From Candidatus Micrarchaeota archaeon (GTDB lineage Archaea > Micrarchaeota > Micrarchaeia > Micrarchaeales > CABMGC01): a stretch of DNA of 64,000 nt. The stretch is from NCBI GenBank assembly GCA_046536795.1, contig JAWDMB010000001.1, positions 186,900-250,899 on the forward strand. The letters run 5' to 3'. Positions 45,921 through 55,399 of the stretch are shown piece after piece (the stretch's first letter is position 1; each line of letters opens with the position of its first letter). Under the pieces are notes generated by a model. It did no database searches, was not told where the DNA came from, and worked only from the letters and a program-made list of their open reading frames with translations. The translations under genes were made by a program, and so were the position numbers.

Positions 45921-48026
45921 TTATTTTTTGCTTTTTATCCTTTCCTTCTTATTTACCTTTTCATTTATTTCTTCCTCATTTTTATTCCAATCTTTTTTAG
46001 TTGGGCATGTCGGATCTAAGCACATCTCAAAAACCTTCTTTCCCCTCCTGAATATTTTAACTATTGGTGTATGACAATAAGGGCATATCTTCCCTGTTGG
46101 CAAAACCTTTGCGGCTTGTGGTAGCGGATATGTTACATTGCACTGAGGCCAGTTTGTGCAGCCCACGAAGCTCTTGCCGTTTTTAGAATGCTTAATTATT
46201 AAATCTCCGCCACATTTGCACTTTCCCAATACCTCTCCTTTCGAGGTTTCTTCCAAGCCTTCTTTAAGGCTCTTGCCTATCTCTTCTTCTTTGCTTTTAA
46301 ATTTGCTAATTATCCTTTCTATTATCTTTTTACCCTCTTCTATGACATCTTCTTTTCTTGCCTTTCCATGCATGATATTATTCATATCCTCTTCTAATTT
46401 TCTTGTTAGCTCCTCGTCTAGGATCTCTTTACAATTCTCCTTAAGTGCATTATATACACTCATTCCAAAATTAGTAACCTTTATGTTGATAACTTGTATA
46501 TAGTTTATCTTGAAGAGCGTATCTATAATTTCGGCTCTTGTTGCTTTTGTTCCTAAGTTTTTCTTTTCCAATAAACTTATTAGACTTGCTTTTGTGAACC
46601 TTTTTGGTGGTGTTGTTTTCAGTTCTTTTTCGAAAACTCTATCTATCTTTATTTTTTCGCCTTCATTCAACTCTGGCATAGGCTTATTCTGAGCTTCAAT
46701 GTACGGAGCATAAAACCTTAGCCAGCCTTCCTTCTTTATTATTTCGCCATTAGCTCTATAGAGTTCACCATTAGCATCTAATGTTACTTCTGTTTTTTCT
46801 ATCGTAGCATAATCTGCAAAGCAGGCAAGAAATCTCTTAACAATAAGGTCATATATCTTTTCTTCATCACTTTCTAAGCTTTTTGGTAATATACCTGTAG
46901 GAAAGATTGCCGGGTGTGCTTCATCCTCTTTCTTTCCCTCTGCAGGCCTAAAGCGTTTTTCTTTGATTAAGTTATTTGCAAGCTCACTATACTTTTTGTT
47001 CTTGCTGAGTTCTGATATTATCCTCGGTAGATTAAGCGAATAAGGCAGCTTCTGTGATGATGTTCTTGGATAAGAAATATAGGCCCTTTCGTAAAGAGAT
47101 TGAGCTATTGCGAGTGTTCTAGAAGGATCAATATTAAATACTCTGCTAGCTTCAAGCTGGAGCGTTGTTAAATCGAAAGGTGGAAGCGGCCTTTCTAAGA
47201 TCTCTTTGCTCTCTACTTTTTTGACGAGTGCTTCTTTTACCCTACTTCTTTCAAGCGCTTCATCAGCGACCTTCTTGTCAAAAATATCCCCTTTTGTGTT
47301 TTCAAATTCAATACCTTTTGCTACAATATATATTTTCCAGTAGGGCTTAGGTGTAAAGGTGTTTATCTCCATCTCTCTTTTTGCGAGTATTGCAAGTGTG
47401 GGTCCTTGGACTCTTCCTATGCTTACAGTCTTCTTTACACCATTTGCATATAGAGAGCGCATAAGCGCTCTACTCATATTTATGCCCCACATCCAGTCTA
47501 TAATGTGCCTCGTTTCACCAGCATTGAAGTTGTTTTCATCAAAAGGATTGATGTTTTTATATGCATTTACCAAATCCTCTTTTGTTGTTGTAGAAAACTT
47601 CATTCTGAGTGCAACGCTCTTCTCAACATCGCTATTCACATTGCCATGTGTTATAAATCTAATAATATTTGTTCCTATTACTGTTCCTTCTATATCATAG
47701 TCGCAGGCGTTTATGAAAAGATTGCACCTTCTACCTATCTCCACTATAGTGTCAAGATACTTCTTTGTAAAGTAGGCCTTTTTATTAGCTAAGTATGATG
47801 GAACCCACTCTACATCAAAAATAGGGAAACCTTTACTTCCTTCCTTCTGCCTTATTGTAAATAAATGGCCTGCTGCAGCAACAACATATAAAATATCATC
47901 CCCATTTCTCAATTCATAATAACTTATTCCGCCAAACGAATATCTCTTATACTCCCCCTCCGCTAAAGAGCTCGCTAGCCTTAAGGCTACGCTTGGTTTT
48001 TCAGCTATAATTAACTTGTTCATCAA
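45921..48026 (-). CDS. topA: DNA topoisomerase IA
   Basis: IAEKPSVA, ACDYD.EG, GRVQ.PTL, ISYPRT (catalytic Tyr), C-terminal Zn ribbons. Confidence 0.96.
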   Translation of the reverse strand: MMNKLIIAEKPSVALRLASSLAEGEYKRYSFGGISYYELRNGDDILYVVAAAGHLFTIRQKEGSKGFPIFDVEWVPSYLANKKAYFTKKYLDTIVEIGRRCNLFINACDYDIEGTVIGTNIIRFITHGNVNSDVEKSVALRMKFSTTTKEDLVNAYKNINPFDENNFNAGETRHIIDWMWGINMSRALMRSLYANGVKKTVSIGRVQGPTLAILAKREMEINTFTPKPYWKIYIVAKGIEFENTKGDIFDKKVADEALERSRVKEALVKKVESKEILERPLPPFDLTTLQLEASRVFNIDPSRTLAIAQSLYERAYISYPRTSSQKLPYSLNLPRIISELSKNKKYSELANNLIKEKRFRPAEGKKEDEAHPAIFPTGILPKSLESDEEKIYDLIVKRFLACFADYATIEKTEVTLDANGELYRANGEIIKKEGWLRFYAPYIEAQNKPMPELNEGEKIKIDRVFEKELKTTPPKRFTKASLISLLEKKNLGTKATRAEIIDTLFKINYIQVINIKVTNFGMSVYNALKENCKEILDEELTRKLEEDMNNIMHGKARKEDVIEEGKKIIERIISKFKSKEEEIGKSLKEGLEETSKGEVLGKCKCGGDLIIKHSKNGKSFVGCTNWPQCNVTYPLPQAAKVLPTGKICPYCHTPIVKIFRRGKKVFEMCLDPTCPTKKDWNKNEEEINEKVNKKERIKSKK

Positions 48027-48031
48027 ATCAG

Positions 48032-48265
48032 TTACTTACCTTTCTTTTTTGTTTTTTGTTTTGGCTTTGTTGCTATGGCATTAATTTTAGAACCATAGTA
48101 TGACATGTAGAATCCAATTGCGATTGTTATTAGTGCTACTGCATAGAAAATGTAGCTCCCACCCGAATATATAAATACTATTATTGCGAGAATAGTAAGT
48201 ACTATGACTGTTATTGCAAGGTAGAACAAATGTTTCTCATCATATGTGGGTTCCATCAAGACCAC
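48032..48265 (-). CDS. Small two-TM membrane protein
   Basis: Two hydrophobic helices and a Lys-rich tail. Confidence 0.6.
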   Translation of the reverse strand: MVLMEPTYDEKHLFYLAITVIVLTILAIIVFIYSGGSYIFYAVALITIAIGFYMSYYGSKINAIATKPKQKTKKKGK

Positions 48266-48324
48266 ATTCTTTAAATCTACATTTATATTTAAATATCATA
48301 CATATATTACGTTTGGTAGTTTTT

Positions 48325-48684
48325 ATGTATGGTGCTCTGTTAATAATAGGAATTACGGTTCTCTCTGCATTTATTGCATCAATAGCCCAGTATATCTTCA
48401 AGAAAAATCTTCCAAGATTCGGGGCAAACATAAGAGAACTAATTCGTGTATTTAAAAATAAATGGATACTACTCGGTGCATTTATATATATAATTGCACT
48501 GCCAATTTATCTCTTTGCCCTAGAAAATGGTGCGCTCTCTTTTGTTTATCCAACCTTTGCAAGCTCATTTATATTTGTGCTTCTATTTTCAAAATTCGGC
48601 CTTGGCGAAAAGATTGGTCTTGTAAGAATAATGGGCGTATTGCTCGTGGTGGTTGGAATAGCAATAGTTGCACTGACCTTCTAG
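48325..48684 (+). CDS. Small DMT/EamA (SMR/ArnE-like) membrane protein
   Basis: Four TM helices; LSFVYP and LGEKI...R..G motifs. Confidence 0.78.
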   Translation: MYGALLIIGITVLSAFIASIAQYIFKKNLPRFGANIRELIRVFKNKWILLGAFIYIIALPIYLFALENGALSFVYPTFASSFIFVLLFSKFGLGEKIGLVRIMGVLLVVVGIAIVALTF

Positions 48685-48691
48685 TGATGCT

Positions 48692-49033
48692 ATGGAACAA
48701 CAACAAACAAGAAAAGCGATTATTGCAATGGTTCTTGTAGCAAGTACTTTTCTTGGTGGCTTTGGCCAATTTCTCTTCAAACTAGGGCTAAGCAGCCATA
48801 GCCACATAATTTTTGTTTTGCTTATATTCTTTGGCATTCTTTCTTACCTTATCTCTACTGCATTCTATTTTTTTGCGCTTAGCAGAGCAAGTCTAAGCTG
48901 GGTTTACAGCTTTGGTGGTCTTTCATATATTTTTGCAACTCTGCTTGCGATGCTTATCGAGCCAATCCCAACATTTAGGTGGATTGGAGTAATAACCATA
49001 GCAGTTGGCACAGCACTGATAGGTATTAGCTAA
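48692..49033 (+). CDS. Small DMT/EamA (SMR/ArnF-like) membrane protein
   Basis: GQFLFK, ALSRASLSWVY, E.....RWIG. Confidence 0.78.
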   Translation: MEQQQTRKAIIAMVLVASTFLGGFGQFLFKLGLSSHSHIIFVLLIFFGILSYLISTAFYFFALSRASLSWVYSFGGLSYIFATLLAMLIEPIPTFRWIGVITIAVGTALIGIS

Positions 49034-49336
49034 TCACTTCTCTTCTTTATTCTTGCTTTCTTTGATTAGCTTTACGCCAAGATCTGCAAATTTATAGCCT
49101 ATGCTGGCAAAAAGAAATAGAATAAGTATCTGCAAGAAAATAAAACCTGTCTCTTTTGCAGTTGTGGCAAGGGTGTTTGTTAGGGTGGAGATAGAACTAT
49201 TTATGCTAGGCTGATTTGGCAAAGGTGTATAACCTTCTGAATTCAAACTTGCATATAAGCCATATCCGATGAAGAAAGTTGCAAGTAATATTATCACTCC
49301 TAAAGCAATCAGGGTATATCCTAAGATTGAAGCCAT
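49034..49336 (-). CDS. Two-TM hypothetical membrane protein
   Basis: Hydrophobic helices flanking a Ser/Thr-rich loop. Confidence 0.6.
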   Translation of the reverse strand: MASILGYTLIALGVIILLATFFIGYGLYASLNSEGYTPLPNQPSINSSISTLTNTLATTAKETGFIFLQILILFLFASIGYKFADLGVKLIKESKNKEEK

Positions 49337-49358
49337 AAAAATCGCACTTAAATAAATA

Positions 49359-50135
49359 TCAAGACAATATAAATCTTTCTCTGTCAAAGAACTTTTCACT
49401 TAAATATAAAACGGCAGAGCTCGTTATTATGAGAACAATTAGTAAAATAACGAAGAAACGTAGATTTAGTTTGGCGAGGTTGAAGATAGAAGCGAATGGT
49501 ATTACAAGCAGTGGCAATATAAGAAGAGTACTTATTTGCTGTGCCTCTTTTATTCCTCTAACTTTTGTAGAAATCAGAACAACAAGTCCAATAGTTGTGA
49601 GCGCAAGAAAAGGTGCATTTAAGAGCATCATATACCAAGCAATATTTGGAAATATAGCTATTCCGAAAGAGCTTAGCGAGAGATAATCAGTTATCGAGGC
49701 ATATATTAGAAATACTGCAATTGTAAGTATAACTGCGGGTATAAGTGAAGCAAATATTTTTCCTATCAGCAGTTCTCCGTTTGTTGTGGGTGTGTTAAGC
49801 AGAGCTTCTGCAGTCTTCCTTTCTTTCTCTCCAGCAAAACTGTCTGCAGCAAGAACAGATGCTGTTATTATCGGCATTGTCATGAAAATGGGCCCAAGGA
49901 TATTTATAGAAAAGAATTCAACGAAATAAAAATTTCCAAATGACTGTGGAACAGAAATTCCAGCTATCTGTGGCAGTATAGTACTGCCAGCATACCTTGC
50001 AATATAAAATGTGAAGAAGGGAAGCAGCACAGCAAAGAATATAGGTATGCCTATCATGGGCCCTGAGATCGAAAGGCTGCTAAACGCTTCTTTCATATCT
50101 TTCCTACTTATAGCCCATATTTTATTCCATTTTAT
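49359..50135 (-). CDS. ABC-2 type permease (probable ATA start at 50135)
   Basis: ADSFAGEKERKT.E.LL..P and GKI motifs. The frame extends upstream of the ATG at 50096 as IKWNKIWAISRKD. Confidence 0.88.
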   Translation of the reverse strand: MKWNKIWAISRKDMKEAFSSLSISGPMIGIPIFFAVLLPFFTFYIARYAGSTILPQIAGISVPQSFGNFYFVEFFSINILGPIFMTMPIITASVLAADSFAGEKERKTAEALLNTPTTNGELLIGKIFASLIPAVILTIAVFLIYASITDYLSLSSFGIAIFPNIAWYMMLLNAPFLALTTIGLVVLISTKVRGIKEAQQISTLLILPLLVIPFASIFNLAKLNLRFFVILLIVLIITSSAVLYLSEKFFDRERFILS

Positions 50136-51010
50136 TTTATCACCTGTTCATTGCCTATACTCTCTCTAAGATAACTTACACTCAATATTTTTCCACCCTC
50201 CTTTACTATCTCTTCAACAAGCTCTGGCACCTCACTCGCACTTCCGAGCTTTGCATTTATTTTATTCCCCTTTTGTGTAAAGTTCCATCCTCTAAGCAAG
50301 AGCTTCTTTTCATTTAAAAGGTATACCTCAACATTTATCTCTTTTATAGATGAAAGAATTTGTTCAAGCGAGCCATAAGCGGTCTTTTTACCATGATCAA
50401 GAAGCATGATCTTACCTTTTATTTTGTGCAATTCATCAAATCTTTGTGTAGCATAAACTATCGTAGCATCTAATCCTTCTATTATGTTATGCAACTCATC
50501 TGTAGCATGTGGATCCAAGAATGCTGTTGGTTCGTCAAGAAGTAAGACTTTTGGATTGTTTAATAATGCCCTACAAATTGCTATCTTTTGCTTTGTACCT
50601 CTGCTTAGCTCTCCAACCTTTCTATTAATAAACTCGATTGCATTTAATCTTGAAAGTATCTCTTTAGCTCTTTCAATGATCTCTTCTTTTCTAATCTCAT
50701 AAAGTGTTCCAAAGAAAATAAGATTATCAATTACACTAAGATTATCATAAAGGGCATAATTCTCTCCTAAGAAAGAAACATATCTGTTTATATCGCTGTT
50801 GTATGGTACTGTTTTATTTCCTAAAATCTCTATATAGCCTTTATCTGGCCTTAATATTCCTGAGAGCAACCTAAGTAGGGTGCTCTTACCAGCACCGTTT
50901 GGCCCAAGCAGTATTAACCTTTCACCTTCTTCTAGTGAGAAACTTATATTCTCTACCGCTTTTGTATCAGAAAAATACTTCGATACATTTTTTGCAACTA
51001 TGTAATGCAC
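50132..51010 (-). CDS. ABC transporter ATP-binding protein
   Basis: GPNGAGKST, LSRGTKQK, LLLDEPT. Confidence 0.93.
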   Translation of the reverse strand: MHYIVAKNVSKYFSDTKAVENISFSLEEGERLILLGPNGAGKSTLLRLLSGILRPDKGYIEILGNKTVPYNSDINRYVSFLGENYALYDNLSVIDNLIFFGTLYEIRKEEIIERAKEILSRLNAIEFINRKVGELSRGTKQKIAICRALLNNPKVLLLDEPTAFLDPHATDELHNIIEGLDATIVYATQRFDELHKIKGKIMLLDHGKKTAYGSLEQILSSIKEINVEVYLLNEKKLLLRGWNFTQKGNKINAKLGSASEVPELVEEIVKEGGKILSVSYLRESIGNEQVIK

Positions 51011-51038
51011 ATTTATACCTGCCAAACTTATCTGTGAT

Positions 51039-51141
51039 TGCAGGGGGAGAGATTTGAACTCTCGAAGGCGCTAAGCCACAGGATCTTAAGTCCTGCGCAT
51101 TTTTCTGTGGCTAAAGCCAGACCAGACTCTGCCACCCCTGC
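51039..51141 (-). tRNA. tRNA-Leu(TAA) with 19-nt D-loop intron at about 20/21 (51102-51120)
   Basis: Acceptor GCAGGGG/CCCCTGC-A; anticodon arm CAGGA-CTTAAGA-TCCTG; BHB helix TCTG/CAGA; intron hairpin TGGCT-TT-AGCCA. Confidence 0.92.
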
Positions 51142-51148
51142 AGAAGTT

Positions 51149-51889
51149 TCAAGCATACATAGATGGGCCTGCTTCTTCAGTATCTGTCGCCTTCTTATAG
51201 CTTTCATGTGAGATCTTTGCCTTCTTTACCATCTGCTTGATCTTTGCCTCTACAATTTTGGTCTCTTTCTCAAGCTCGCTTAAGTCTATATCTAAGTTAA
51301 TTACTTTTTTCAAGCTTGAGAGTGCGATCTCAGCATACTTCGGATCTGTTATCTCTGGATTTACTTCAACAAGTAAGTCTATTATAGGTATATCTAGTAC
51401 GGAGCTGTTTGCAAGCAGAACCGCGCTAACTCCAGCTACAACACCGTCTTCTATAGGCTTTAGTCCTGCAGCAATAGCGTTCTTAAGTATATTTTCATTT
51501 GTGCTTACTATAAAAGCATCGTCGCTAGGCTTCTCAGAAGGTATACCCCCTATCGAAACAATCTCCTTTATGCCTGTTTTCCTTACAAAATCAATAAGCT
51601 CGTAGCCAAGCTCATGTACAAGCTCTGTCTGTATTGTAAACTCTGATATCATTGCAAGAATCTTTCTCTCTTTGTCAGCGTATATCCTTACCGGAAACAT
51701 TGGAACTGCATTATGTATAACAGCTATCGGCGGGAATGATTCGCTATCTATATAGCCAACGTATTTCATACCAAGCTTCTCTATCATGTAGCTATTTGCC
51801 ATAGCGCCCACTAGTCCTGCTCCCGGAAATCCCTCTATTAGTATATAGCCATTTAGATTTATCTCTTCAAAAAATTTTATTGCTATCAT
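51149..51889 (-). CDS. PAC2 family proteasome assembly chaperone
   Basis: IEGFPG.GLVG, P.RIY, PKYA, C-terminal HbYX-like MYA. Confidence 0.88.
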   Translation of the reverse strand: MIAIKFFEEINLNGYILIEGFPGAGLVGAMANSYMIEKLGMKYVGYIDSESFPPIAVIHNAVPMFPVRIYADKERKILAMISEFTIQTELVHELGYELIDFVRKTGIKEIVSIGGIPSEKPSDDAFIVSTNENILKNAIAAGLKPIEDGVVAGVSAVLLANSSVLDIPIIDLLVEVNPEITDPKYAEIALSSLKKVINLDIDLSELEKETKIVEAKIKQMVKKAKISHESYKKATDTEEAGPSMYA

Positions 51890-52025
51890 AAAATCAATTA
51901 AGTTTTGCTCTTAAAGGCTAAATATCTTTGTTTAAAGTGGGTTGGTTTTTCCATATATTTTTATCTCGATTTCACGACGATAAATTTATAAATATATCAC
52001 TCTCATTAATAATCGGGGTGAATGA

Positions 52026-52250
52026 ATGGCTGAAAGAATAGGAAAAGAGAAGATTGAAAGAGAAGACGGTTACCTATACTATATAGGAAAGGACGGCTAC
52101 GTATGGAGAACACCTATGAAGACAAACCCGAAAGGAAAGAAGAGCAGGGTCGGAACAGAGAAGATTGAAAGAGAAGAGGGCTATCTATACTTTATAGACA
52201 AGAACGGCTACGTAGCAAGAGCAAAGATGAACAGAAAGGGCAGAAAGTAA
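52026..52250 (+). CDS. Small basic protein made of two internal repeats
   Basis: EKIERE.GYLY.I.K.GYV occurs twice; strong TATA box, GGGGTGA ribosome-binding site, downstream T-tract. Confidence 0.85.
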   Translation: MAERIGKEKIEREDGYLYYIGKDGYVWRTPMKTNPKGKKSRVGTEKIEREEGYLYFIDKNGYVARAKMNRKGRK

Positions 52251-52325
52251 ATTTTTGTTTTTAGGTTTTGTTTTTCTAATTTTTCCTTTTTATTAATCTG
52301 CTTTTGGCTTAGAATTTAGTATGAG

Positions 52326-52400
52326 CGGGCATAGCGGGATTTGAACCCGCAACCAACAGCTCCGCAAGCTGCCGTGCTATCCAAGTTACACCATATGCCC
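52326..52400 (-). tRNA. tRNA-Arg(GCG), no intron
   Basis: Acceptor GGGCATA/TATGCCC-G; anticodon arm GCAGC-TTGCGGA-GCTGT. Confidence 0.95.
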
Positions 52401-52463
52401 ACATCTATATTTTTATATGTTTTCATTTTAAAAGTATATATCTTTGTTTTCAAAGGTGGTTTT

Positions 52464-52631
52464 ATAGCAGCTCTAGTAGGTAAAGTCTGTACATCATGCG
52501 GAAAGCTTTCTAATAAATATGTTGAATTCAAGTGCCCAAACTGCGGTGAAGCCACGATAGTGAGATGCGAGCACTGCAGAGAGGCTTATGTGAGCTATAA
52601 ATGTCCAAAATGCGGATTTGAGGGACCATAA
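52464..52631 (+). CDS. Zn-ribbon protein (DUF1610 type), probable ATA start
   Basis: [30 protein letters not shown]; conserved position upstream of EF-1beta. Confidence 0.88.
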   Translation: MAALVGKVCTSCGKLSNKYVEFKCPNCGEATIVRCEHCREAYVSYKCPKCGFEGP

Positions 52632-52876
52632 TGGGTAAGGTTGGAGTTGTATTCAAAGTATATCCTGAAAATGGTGAAGAAGAAAAAGTAAGTAAGAGGA
52701 TAGCAGAAGCACTTAAGCCAAACGGCATACAGCTAGAGGATATAGCATTTGGTATTAAGGTGATAAAGGTTCTTTTTATACATGAGGATACAGAAGGAAG
52801 CTCTGTATTTGAAGAGAAGCTTAAAAATATCGAGGGTGTTAAAGAGGTTGAAGTCGAGGAAGAGAGCCTTCTATGA
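52631..52876 (+). CDS. ef1b: Translation elongation factor 1-beta
   Basis: [26 protein letters not shown]. Confidence 0.92.
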   Translation: MGKVGVVFKVYPENGEEEKVSKRIAEALKPNGIQLEDIAFGIKVIKVLFIHEDTEGSSVFEEKLKNIEGVKEVEVEEESLL

Positions 52877-53350
52877 TAAGCTAATCTTTCTTTCTAATGC
52901 TTCAACTCTCTTGTATCTTTCTTTTATCCTTTTCCAATGCGTTCCTCTCCAATATATCTTTCCGCACTTGCTGCATTTATAAAAGTTTTTGTGCAAAGCA
53001 TAGACTTTTTTCGGTACTAAATCCTTTACGCTACTTTTACTTACCTTCTTAAGCTTGCCATTGCAGACAGGGCATATCATACTAGGTAGCTTTGGCTTTA
53101 GGTTAAGTGCTCTTATAACATAAGCTAGCTGCTTATCTAGACTGGTATCATTTATAAGAAGAACATCGAAGCCCCTTCTTCTCGACCTTCTAGCAAGCTG
53201 CTTGTCTGAAGTCAAAAGTAGCGCCTTTTTCCTCTTTACAAAGCTTATTATTTTGTTGTCAACAGTATATGGTGCATTTTCTACGCTTATTCCACCTAGC
53301 CTTAGCCAACGTGCAAGCTTAACAAGCATGTTGTCTGCTACAATCCTCAT
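52871..53350 (-). CDS. Mut7-C RNase domain protein
   Basis: D.ML.KLARWLR..G, LLTSD..L, CPVCNG, CSKCGKIYWRGTH. Confidence 0.92.
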   Translation of the reverse strand: MRIVADNMLVKLARWLRLGGISVENAPYTVDNKIISFVKRKKALLLTSDKQLARRSRRRGFDVLLINDTSLDKQLAYVIRALNLKPKLPSMICPVCNGKLKKVSKSSVKDLVPKKVYALHKNFYKCSKCGKIYWRGTHWKRIKERYKRVEALERKISLS

Positions 53351-55306
53351 TTACTTAAGCCTTATAGAATCTAAGTTCATCGGAGCCCTAGCCTCTACCC
53401 TAAGCCTGTTGCCTAATGTTCTTGCAAGGTCTTCGCATTTGTTTTCTTCACCATGCATCGTAAAGATTTTCTTGGGCCCTGGCTTGATATTCTGCGTGAA
53501 GTTTATAAGCTGTTTTCTATCGCTATGGCCTGAAAAGCCTTCTACAGTTACAACCTGCATGTTTATGTTTTTGTGTACAAGCCTGCCATCTTCATCAGGC
53601 ACGGTAAGCTCCTTTAGGCCATTCTGTATTCTTCTTCCAAGTGAGCCGACGCTGTTATAGCCTACAAAGATAAGCATGTTCTTCGGATCTTCAGCCATCT
53701 CTAATAAGTAATCAAGGCTTGTACCACCATTGAGCATGCCTCCGCTTGCTAATATAACAGATGGGCCTTTTTCTAGCACTTCATCTTTTTCTCCTTTTGC
53801 AACTTCAAATATCTCACTCTCAAAAGGCGACCTATTGCTAAGTATTCTATGCTGCAAGCTTGTCTTTAAGTATTCTGGATAAGCGGTGTGTATAGCACTA
53901 GCCTCGAGTATCATACCATCAAGATATATAGGTGCTTCTATCTTATACTTAGGATTATTGTTTAGATAGGCTTCTAAAACAAGCATGATCTCCTGGCTTC
54001 TTCCTACAGAGAATAATGGTATGAGCACTTTACCTCCATTATCAATTGTCCTCTTAATGTTATCCATAAGCATGGTTTCAGATTCTTGCCTATTTGGCAT
54101 AACATCCGATGCTGCCCCATAAGTACTTTCTATAAAAAGTGCATCTATCCTTGGATATTTTACATCTGCAGGATCTAGCAATCTAGTATAACCAAACTTC
54201 ATGTCGCCTGTGTGCACTATATTATACATACCTTCTCCTATATGCAAATGCACTATAGCACTTCCAAGTATGTGCCCAGCATTGTGGTATGTAAGCTTTA
54301 TCTCGTCTGTAACATTTGTTACCTCTCCGTACTCTCTTGTTATCGTATGCGTAAGCATCTTCCTTATATCCTTCTCATCGTATAAAGGCGTTCCACCGCT
54401 TCTATGAACAAGCTTAATGTAATCATACAATAGTAAAGCCATCAAATCTCTTGTTGGTGGCGTGCAGTAGACAGGGCCATCATAGCCATATTTAAACAGG
54501 TAAGGCAAAAATCCTATGTGGTCCATATGCGCATGGGTTATTATTATTGCATCAAGGTCGTTTATGGTTATATTTGCACTATCAAGATAAGGATACGCTT
54601 TATTCTCGCCGTTATTGTTTGCATCAGCACCTTTTACTCCTGGTTCTGGGGCAATTCCGCAATCTATTAATATCTTCGAGTGATTTGTTTCAAGAAGAAG
54701 GCTACTTCTTCCGACTTCTCTAAAACCACCAAGGGCTGTAGCTTTTAGCCATTCTGTCTTCATTATTGGTGTGCTTATCTTTTTTCCAACGCTCGTTAGA
54801 AACTTTTTCCTGAACTCGCTTTCTTTGAATAGTAGCTGCCTTACTCCATTTATAACATCACTATTCATAGTAGGTATCCTTAGCACCTTAGGTACCCATT
54901 TTGTCTCATATATTATACTCTTAAGCGTTGAGCCCCCTTTTCCTATTACTAACCCTGGCTTAAGCGCTTCTATATAAACCTCGCCGAAATCAGGCACAAA
55001 TCTTATGTTGCCTACCTCTGCTTCTTTTGGAATAAGCTCCAATATCTTTTCTTTTGCCTTCTCCGGATCTAATAGCTTTGAAGGATCACTTCTTATGATA
55101 AGCTTTCTTTTTATCATCGAAGAGAGGTTCTTGACGAGCGATTCGTCATCGTATACCGCTTCTATATTGCTTACATATACTGCTATATCTGGCCCTTCAT
55201 ACTCTGCCTTTACGAGCCCTATATTTTTAGGCAGTACCTCTTTCAATGTTTCTATCAAATCCTTTTCTTTTGTCTCCTGTTTGCTATTGTCATTTTCTGT
55301 ATCCAA
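53351..55306 (-). CDS. fttA: aCPSF1/FttA KH-beta-CASP ribonuclease
   Basis: KH domains (YEGP, PGLVIGKGG), THAHMDH, FSGHSDR, APMNLDSIRL; adjacent to psmB. Confidence 0.95.
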   Translation of the reverse strand: MDTENDNSKQETKEKDLIETLKEVLPKNIGLVKAEYEGPDIAVYVSNIEAVYDDESLVKNLSSMIKRKLIIRSDPSKLLDPEKAKEKILELIPKEAEVGNIRFVPDFGEVYIEALKPGLVIGKGGSTLKSIIYETKWVPKVLRIPTMNSDVINGVRQLLFKESEFRKKFLTSVGKKISTPIMKTEWLKATALGGFREVGRSSLLLETNHSKILIDCGIAPEPGVKGADANNNGENKAYPYLDSANITINDLDAIIITHAHMDHIGFLPYLFKYGYDGPVYCTPPTRDLMALLLYDYIKLVHRSGGTPLYDEKDIRKMLTHTITREYGEVTNVTDEIKLTYHNAGHILGSAIVHLHIGEGMYNIVHTGDMKFGYTRLLDPADVKYPRIDALFIESTYGAASDVMPNRQESETMLMDNIKRTIDNGGKVLIPLFSVGRSQEIMLVLEAYLNNNPKYKIEAPIYLDGMILEASAIHTAYPEYLKTSLQHRILSNRSPFESEIFEVAKGEKDEVLEKGPSVILASGGMLNGGTSLDYLLEMAEDPKNMLIFVGYNSVGSLGRRIQNGLKELTVPDEDGRLVHKNINMQVVTVEGFSGHSDRKQLINFTQNIKPGPKKIFTMHGEENKCEDLARTLGNRLRVEARAPMNLDSIRLK

Positions 55307-55399
55307 ACAACCGCCTCACTGCTTTTGCTGGCGCAAATGCAAAAAATTAAAGGAAAGGGAAGATAAATATCAAAACAAAAGTAAACAGAAATTATAAGA

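Noticed and set aside
52026-52250. Assignment to a named chromatin protein (CC1, Cren7, Alba, histone)
   Set aside because: The sequence does not match the motifs I know for these; left unassigned.
52316-52555. 79-aa minus-strand ORF, and the long N-terminus of ORF 52341-52631
   Set aside because: Both overlap tRNA-Arg; the real Zn-ribbon gene begins near 52464.
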